A DNA stretch of 64,000 bases from the human T2T-CHM13v2.0 reference genome, Homo sapiens. The position numbers and the translations under genes were made by a program. This document shows, piece by piece, positions 57,715-64,000 of this stretch; the stretch's first letter is position 1, and each line of letters starts with the position of its first letter. The DNA is taken from the NCBI RefSeq assembly GCF_009914755.1, contig NC_060937.1; one strand, 5' to 3'. The notes under the pieces are model-generated. The model was given only the letters and a program-made list of their open reading frames with translations. It did no database searches and was not told the origin of the DNA.

Positions 57715-60216
57715 TTTATTCACCTTCTTTTGTCTGGCTTGTCGATTTTAATTCAGTATATGTATATTTTCTCTCTTCTCTTAGCATTTCAGTTAAGTGT
57801 TGCTTTTAAAAAACCTTAGTGTTTGCCCTAAAGTTTGCCATATACATTTTATAACTAACCTAAGTTTACTTTCAAATAAGTTTATACTGCTTCATGAATT
57901 TTGCAGGTGCTGTAAAGTATTTCAAAGTTCTCCATCTAATTACTTATAAAGTTACTGTCATTAATTTCAGTCTACCACATGCTACAGTCACATAATACAT
58001 TCTTATTATTTTGAGAAAATATCTATCTTATCAATTAAGAATAAGATAAACAAAGATTTTACTTTATTTTCACTTATTCCTTCTCCAAAGCTTTTCTTAA
58101 TTATGTAGAAAGTTTTTACATTTTCTTCATTTTTGAAGGTTAATTTCTCTGAATATAAAATTATTGTTTTTGTTTCAACACTTTAAATACTTCACCCACT
58201 TTCTTCTCATTTGCAAAGTTTCTGATAAAATGTAACATATAATATTGTATTTTTTCTCTATAAATGTAATGTTTTCCCTCTGGCTTCTTTCAAAGTTTTC
58301 TTTTCCTTTGGTTTCCATTTGTTTGGATATGGTAAGCCTGGATATATATATATAATATATATATACACACACACATATACACATATATAATGTACATATA
58401 TACATGCTGATGTGTATATATATACACATTAATTTTAGAAAATTCTCAGCCAACAATTATTGCTTCAAATATTACTTCTGCTCATTTTTTCTTCTTTTAG
58501 TATTGCAATTACATGTATGTCTTATCTTTTAAAAATGTTTCACAGATCTTGGATATTAGGTTCTGTGTTTTCATCCTTTTTTCTATTTACATTTTAGTTT
58601 GGAAAGTTTCTAATGGTATTGCTTCACATTCACTGATTCTTTCGGCCAAGTTCAGCTTACTGAGTCCATCAAAGGCATTCTTTATTTCTATGACTTTGGT
58701 TTTAAATTCTAGCATTTTATTTTCATTCTTTCTTAGAGTTGTCATTTCTGGGCTTACATTACCAATCTGTTATTGCATGTAATCTACTCTCTCCATTAGA
58801 ACTATTAGCATGTTAATTACAGTTATTTTTAAATCCTTGTCTGAAAATTCCAAAATCTCTTCCAAGTCCAGTTCTGATTCTTGCTTTGGCATCTGCAGAC
58901 TTGTAATTTTTTAAGCATGCTTTGTAATTTTTTGTAGAAAACTCTATATAGTGTATTGAGCAAAAAAAAAAAAAAAAACTGAGATAAATAGGCCTTTAGT
59001 GAGACATTTTATGTTTATGTGGCTATAGGTTAGGTTATATTTATTGTTTCCTGTGGCTGTAGGTATCTGAAGCTAATATTCCTCTGGTGTCCATGGGTTA
59101 TCTCCCCTGCTGTATTTACATTTCCCTAGAGACTCCTTCTTAAGTAGAGTCTGACAGCTTTATCCACTTTTATTATAAAAAGCCCTGTTAATGTGGTGGT
59201 AAGGAGTGGCAAAGGAGAAGCATTCTATATTCTTATAATGTTATCTCAGTCTCTTTAGGTCCCTCTGCTGTGATTTTCACAAATACTTCTCACTATTTTT
59301 TTCTCCCCTTCCTAGATGAGACAGAAAGGTTGGAGTGGGCTGGAGTTGGATGATTACTCTTCTACCTGCGTGAGATTAGGCTCTGGTGAACTCATTTTCA
59401 CTTGAGAGTGGGCCTTTGTCATGGAGAACACACTGGGCAGATTTCAAAATAATTATTTTTATCTTCTCATGCTAAAGACACAAGGTGATTTTTCTTGAAT
59501 ACTATTATGAGAACCTGCTGGCATTGTTTTCATATAAAAATCCATGAAATATGAATGTAAGTGGATTGTAGCCTCCAGCAGTTATTCATTATCAATCCTG
59601 TCTAAACTTAGCATCACCACTTAAGTGTGCCTACCAGATTACACCTCCAGTGACTTCTGTTCCATGTAAAATGATCTCAGCTATATTTCTCCAAATTTGT
59701 CTGTCTCTCTAGATTTTAGGGTGGCAGTTTGCCCCGCAATCTCAATCATCTGTTGGGTGCAAAAAACAAAAAGTCATTGATTTTCATTTGTTTAGTTTTT
59801 TCCTTGTCATAAGGATGAGAGTGACAATTTCCAAGCTCTCTAAGTGTTGGAGCTGGAACAGGAAGTCCTCTCCATTTTTTTAAGTGTAGCATATTTCAAA
59901 AGCACTGACATTGTAGTTAACATCTGGTTACTAGATTACAATTTTGTGGTTAGGAAAATATTTTTTTTAAGTACAAGGCTGAGAGATCAACTCATAAAAC
60001 TTTACAAATGAACAAGTGTTCTATGGATAAAAATCCCTTTAGCAATTGTATGGGAGGATAATCATAAATCCCCTTTCTTACAGGCAATTTTACCATTTCA
60101 GCAGATCAACATGCAGTTAAAAAGAAATATGCCATCAGAACAAACTATTTTTCTATTATTTGAGTTAACTGAGATGTTGCTGCATTTTATTATAAAGACA
60201 TTTATCTTTTTAGGAA

Positions 60217-60522
60217 GGGGGCTGGAATGAATGTTAGACAAGTAAAGCATTTCCAGGAGCTCAAACTTTAAGAGGGACCAAAAACTTAGTAATCAAGATA
60301 AATTATATTTTAAAATAGTACTTTTTTAAAAATAAATATTAATGAAAAAATTTTACAATGAAGAAAATATCAAAATTTACTTAAAGATAGAATTAGAAAC
60401 AGTCCCATGCACAGTCAGTCATACTGGAGACTAAGGCAAAAGGGAAAATCTTGATTGCTGACTTGTTTTATATTTCTTTAAATTGCACACCCTACACAAG
60501 TGGCTCCTTCTACTCCAGCCCT
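60217..60522. mobile_element. MER96B-like hAT MITE
   Basis: accaaaaacttagtaatcaagataaattatatttt, gaaaatatcaaaattt and ggagactaaggcaaaagggaaaatc match the MER96B layout as remembered; ends ...ccagcccta. Confidence 0.65.
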
Positions 60523-61035
60523 AGTAGGGGAATGTTCAGTCATCAGACACTGGAAAAATACATGTAAGTTTACATCTTACAGAAGGAAACATTGAAGTAT
60601 GTCAAATACAGGATGATTTTCTTCCATACATAGTTAAACATTATCATGTGAAATTCAATATAACTAAGTGAAAAAAAAACTGTTGCTGATTCCTTTTTTA
60701 AGTAAAAAGCTATTATTTCATTTAGTAGCTCTTTGTGATTTGACAATAATATTAATATATTAAAGGTTAACATATTTTCTCTTCACACACAAATGCATAT
60801 ACACATACACATTTATGTACACACATACAAATATTACAAGAGATTGAAAATAGGCATCTCCATAAAAAAGTATCTCTTGGGCTGACTTCCCACTGAAGCT
60901 TCTGGTCTCGCCATGATTTTGGATTCCTTCTTTCCCCTATGATCCCTCCATCGCTATTCCCTTCTCAGGCTTTTCCAAACCTTAAAATAACTGCTATTTT
61001 TTACTGTAAATCTTTAAGGTCGACAATGTAATATT

Positions 61036-61054
61036 TATATATATATATATATAT

Positions 61055-61100
<46 letters not shown>
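61036..61100. repeat. (TA)n microsatellite inside a small antisense L1MA 3' fragment (~60990-61200)
   Basis: Directly visible; flanks read gtcaagcaaattaacacatcc...gaaatctactcacttt. Confidence 0.9.
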
Positions 61101-61103
<3 letters not shown>

Positions 61104-61793
61104 AATGACCACTATAGTCAAGCAAATTAACACATCCTTCTTCTCACATAGTTTTTGTTTGTTTTGTGGTAACAGCACCTGAAATCTACTCACTTTAGAT
61201 ATTTATTTGGCCACTTCCTCTCTTCCTAACTAAAGAGACTTGAATTTGTGTTCAAATGCAGTTTCATTTATATAAGGCATGCTATTAAGTACCATACATA
61301 TAAATATGCATACCCTTTTGTTGGATACACAGGGTAAAATAATTCAAATATATAATATGTAATTTAAAAATACCAGAGAGTATGTGTTATTACTAAAACA
61401 TTCCCATTAGACATGATCAAAATACATTTGCACATGAGGGTTGCTACTTAATGAGCTGTGGTGGTGAGAAGTGAACAGCTGTTCTAGCGACAAGACGGTT
61501 GGTGGGCTTGACGCAACTGAGCACATCTGAGCACAGGGAACTCACCAAACTGCCTGGCGATGCACAGGTGTTGAGAAACAAGACAACGACAAAGAACAGT
61601 CTCTTCTAGGTGTGCCCAGATGATGATAATCAGGACAATTTGGGACTTCATATTTTTCAGAACTTTAATCTTCATAAAATTTTCAACAGGAACAAAGAGA
61701 AAGGGCTGGAATTATCTGAATTGTATAGGTAGATAAAGTACCTAGAGTACTTCCAAACTTACACATTGAGTCATAGATAACATAATCAACTTA

Positions 61794-61872
61794 AATATAT
61801 ACATTTATATATATTTATATTTTTATATATTTATTTATATTTACATATATTTATATATATTTATATATTTAA
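61794..61872. repeat. AT-rich low-complexity repeat
   Basis: Directly visible. Confidence 0.85.
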
Positions 61873-63647
61873 TTTAAACTGTGGTTTTAGAAATCAGGTG
61901 GAAAGGGTCACATTTGTAACTAGAAAAATTCAGGTCAGGTTTCTGTCAGTACTGAAACCTATTGCTTTAATTCCACATATCAAACATTATTTTGTCTCTA
62001 TCTTATTTTGTTAATGTCCTGTAAACAAAATGCTGGTTTTCTACTTCTCAGAAATGTTTACTGTGAGTCCAATTTTGCCATTATGAAGAAAAATGTAAGG
62101 GAAAACTAGTCCTGCACATGTTATATTATTTAGACACATAAACAATAGAATATGTACTAAAAACTCATAACAATCACATCTAAAGGGCAGGGAACAAAGA
62201 GATTTATTTCAAATATTGAATTTCCTGCTTAATTGTTTTTATGGTCAAAAGTCCTTGTTGAGCAGACTACTTTTATGACTCTCCACAATCTCCACAAGTG
62301 ACCTAAAGACAAAGTGTAGGAGACTAGGAGAGAAGTACAAAGAGGTAGGGCCTGAGACCCAGAATAAAATGAATACATGCAAGGAGAAATCAAGTCTAGA
62401 GCAGAGGCTTTTTCACTTCATAAATTACTATCTTGATGGACATTCAATACTAGCAAATTCAATGCACAAGTAATGCAAAGAATTTTTGTGGGTGGAAAAG
62501 ACTGAAAGAAGAGATCAAGCAACAGTGTCGGTAGCTCTGGATAGTTTGATAATGGTCCCAGATTTCAAGCAGATACTTAAATACATTCTTCACATAACTT
62601 AGAGTACCCGGGTGTTACATCTCACAGAAATGGTATACTCATTGTGCTGTTTTTATTTCTAAGTAGAATCTTGAAAGGTCTTTCTAAGTAAAATGTTGGC
62701 AAAGAAACAATCCCATCACTAAACGTCCCTGTCATTTCTCTTTTTATGGGATTGGTCGCAGATGTTGCAGGGTCTTTGCTTCTCCACCTACGTCTGTTCA
62801 CACTCAGCTCAGTCACCAATTGGGATAAATACTGAACATGCTGCTCTGCTGTTGTGATTCAGTTTTAAAACTTACTTTTTAATATTTTGGTGTTTTTTTT
62901 TGTCTCAACTTACTGGTGCTTTTTGCAGAGAAAACTTTCAAGTGGTTTTAGGTGATAAAATAAGGCAATGATGAATTACTTGGGAACTTTATTAAACATG
63001 AGATTGAACTTTGATCAACACATTTTCGTAGAAAAACAAGAAATATCAATTAGAGACAAATCTGAGACAAAGTTCAATTCAAAATAGATTGAGACTGGAA
63101 GAGCATTAATGTTACTTAAATCATATCTTTAATAGAAATATACAAATGAAGGTTCTAACAACTGGATGTTTTCATAAGTGAAGGAACATCTAAAACTAAC
63201 TTTTAGAAAATTAATAGTAGGTGCCCTGGAGGCTATTGTATTACTTACACAACATTTTTTTAAAAGTATCATTTTATATTCTGTATAAGATGACTAAAAT
63301 GGGTTTTGTTTTTGTCATTGTTGTTATACAATTAAAAGTTGTTCAAGAAAGGAGGCGTAACCATAATGTAATAGGCTGCTTAACTGTAAGGAATATTTGC
63401 ATAGTCATAGAAGTGTAAACCCTAAGTATTGATTTAATTTCAAAGGGTGATATAAGTATATTGGAAGAATGAGGGGTGCTCTGTGTGAGTTTATAGCTAG
63501 CAAAGATTTTATAAAATAGATTATTTCTCAACCTCAATACAAGGAAAGTAATAGATACCATCTAAAGGTTAAAAATCAGGAAACAGCTGTCCAAACATTT
63601 CATTTGGAAGTTGGAGGTAAATGACATTAGAAACAACTAAACTATAG

Positions 63648-63998
<351 letters not shown>

Positions 63999-64000
63999 TT

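Overview
Primate (human or great-ape-like) AT-rich nuclear DNA dominated by transposable elements. I can find no confidently identifiable protein-coding gene, RNA gene, CRISPR array or novel multi-gene system. Almost all long ORFs in the track are L1 ORF1/ORF2 pieces or Alu-derived noise. Main landmarks: a full-length but inactivated L1PA3-type element (10363-16473, +) sits tail-to-tail with an older, nearly full-length L1PA7/8-type element (16511-22365, -). There is an LTR33/ERVL remnant, several solo LTRs, hAT and Tigger DNA transposons, about a dozen Alus, and many old L1M/L2/MIR fragments. The best-supported unusual observations are mechanistic: repeated re-use of the same insertion site, twin-primed L1 inversions, a perfect 76-bp duplication in L1 ORF2, a ~49-bp target-site duplication (TSD), and a template-switch hairpin in an AluY. 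More speculative observations are candidate minus-strand exons of a non-coding or unknown transcript and a possible heavily decayed serpin C-terminal remnant near 62.6-63.0 kb. Subfamily names come from remembered diagnostic motifs, not a database search, and boundaries of old elements are approximate.
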